A DNA stretch of 64,000 nt, taken from assembly GCA_044361315.1 (NCBI GenBank), contig JBIKJA010000012.1:380-64379 (forward strand), given 5' to 3'. The DNA comes from Crocinitomix sp. (GTDB taxonomy: Bacteria > Bacteroidota > Bacteroidia > Flavobacteriales_D > Crocinitomicaceae). Position numbers and translations under genes: made by a program. Within the stretch, counting starts at the first letter, position 1. The number at the start of each line of letters is the position of its first letter. The notes beneath the pieces were generated by a model. The model was not told the DNA's origin. It searched no databases and saw only the letters and a list, made by a program, of their open reading frames with translations. This document shows positions 62,912 to 64,000 of this stretch, piece by piece.

Positions 62912-63037
62912 GGGCGCCCCCAGACATTCCGTCCCCAACGAGTTGGGAATCGGGATGGCTGGGTCAGGCTCGCCGGCCTCGCTTTATTGCCGAAATCGGA
63001 CAATAAGAGCTCAAACAATGCCTCTGATCCTTGGCGC
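62912..63037 (-). ncRNA. Structured intergenic element, copy E2 (Flavo-1-like)
   Basis: Minus strand: GCGCC AAGGAT...TTGTTTGAGCTC TTATTG..CAATAA AGCGAG...AGCCTG ACCCAG..CTGGG GGCGCCC. Confidence 0.65.
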
Positions 63038-63124
63038 TCCTCCCTATTCGACTTCGCAAATCCCTGACCATTTAAATTTGCAGGATCAATATTTTGGATT
63101 TTCTTCCTTTAACCGTCACGATCT

Positions 63125-63688
63125 TTATTGATTAATTTGAAATTTATCCTTGTTCCAATTTAAAGGATTGTTTGCAATATAGGTCTGTATCCGCTGAAAT
63201 GACTCGTTATCGCGAATAATATGGTCGTGAAAACGCGATTGCCAGGCAAAATCTGCATGAATTTTTCGGGCGTTTATTGTCACAATTCGTTTGAATTGGT
63301 TAATAATGGAACCAATCGAATTGGGTTTCCATTTTTCGTTTTTTCCACCATTTTTTTTAATGGGTGGGGTTGGGGTAGAGACGCCCAAATTGGGCGTCTC
63401 TAAGGGCGGGGGGATGGATTCATTTATAATTAATATTCCATGAAAATGGTTAGGCATTACCACAAAATTACCCAATTCCACAAATGGGAAATGGGCGGGT
63501 ATTTCCATCCAAAATTTTTCGGCCAATTGTCCTGTTTCATTCAAATGCATTTCGTTGCCTATAATTTCACCAAATAAATGTGCCCTGTTATGGGTGCAAA
63601 TGGTTATAAAATAGGCGCCTTTACTACTATAATCCCAATTTTGAAATCGGGCAGATGGTATCCGATATTTATTTTTGAATTTATCCAT
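63125..63688 (-). mobile_element. REP-associated tyrosine (Y1, HUH) transposase, RAYT / IS200-like
   Basis: YFITICT, VMPNHFHGI (HUH), WQSRFHDHIIR, YIANNP catalytic Tyr. Confidence 0.9.
63375..63402 (+). repeat. GTAG-type REP palindrome inside the RAYT coding sequence
   Basis: GTAG start; TAGAGACGCCCAA-A-TTGGGCGTCTCTA perfect 13-bp arms; encodes LETPNLGVST. Confidence 0.85.
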
Positions 63689-63930
63689 TTCTGTAGCGAT
63701 ACACTAAAATAATGAAATATTGTGAGATTTACGTTTTACTATTTGCAGAAAACCTTTTTAATTGGTTTATGCCGAATTAGAATGTTTATTTGGTTTCTTG
63801 AAACATCCGATGCTTCTTATAGTATCAAAGAAATAACGCGGTGGTTTAATTATAATTTGGTGATAAATTTCACTGAATTTAGAATTGGAATTGGTGCTGA
63901 ACGAATTTATTGGGCTGGGATGTGCGGGGC

Positions 63931-64000
63931 GCGTTAGTGGTTGTACTGTTGTTTGAGTTCCTTTCGTCAAGAAAGAACGAGCAGGGAAAACACGTTAAAA
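63931..64000 (+). ncRNA. Structured intergenic element, copy E3 (5' part; cut by the window edge)
   Basis: GCGTT AGTGGT...TTGTTTGAGTTC CTTTC..GAAAG AACGAG...AACACG; shares TTGTTTGAGYTC with E2. Confidence 0.55.

Noticed and set aside
63722-63970. Short ORFs between the RAYT gene and element E3
   Set aside because: No recognisable domain, and they overlap element E3; they could be remnants but cannot be supported.

Overview
AT-rich Bacteroidota chromosomal segment. The phylum call rests on T9SS sorting domains, PorP/SprF genes and repeated TAnnTTTG -7 promoter boxes; Flavobacteriales is an inference. Most genes are housekeeping: tilS, pabB-like, mgtE, clpB, hpt-adk-obgE, bioB-bioF-bioD, folE, rel-fur-STAS-purA, a MarR-led beta-oxidation operon, nadC, lemA-htpX and transaldolase. 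No rRNA, tRNA or CRISPR array was seen. Main signals not explained by routine annotation: (1) an ECF sigma operon whose anti-sigma is fused through a TM helix and a long low-complexity linker to a PorP/SprF-like barrel, followed by a second porP/sprF gene; (2) five diverged copies of one ~90-130 nt structured intergenic element with compensatory base changes (Flavo-1-like), two of which flank a REP-associated tyrosine transposase in inverted orientation, while that gene carries a GTAG-type REP inside its CDS; (3) an SdpA/SdpB-like (DUF5819 + HTTM) pair with no adjacent precursor; (4) an uncalled 56-aa lipoprotein; (5) several broken genes (internally deleted M28 peptidase, back-to-back OmpA/T9SS 3' fragments, sigma2-only ECF, decayed LRR and OmpA remnants) that reflect either real decay or assembly artefacts. 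All family assignments come from motif recognition by eye; no searches were run.
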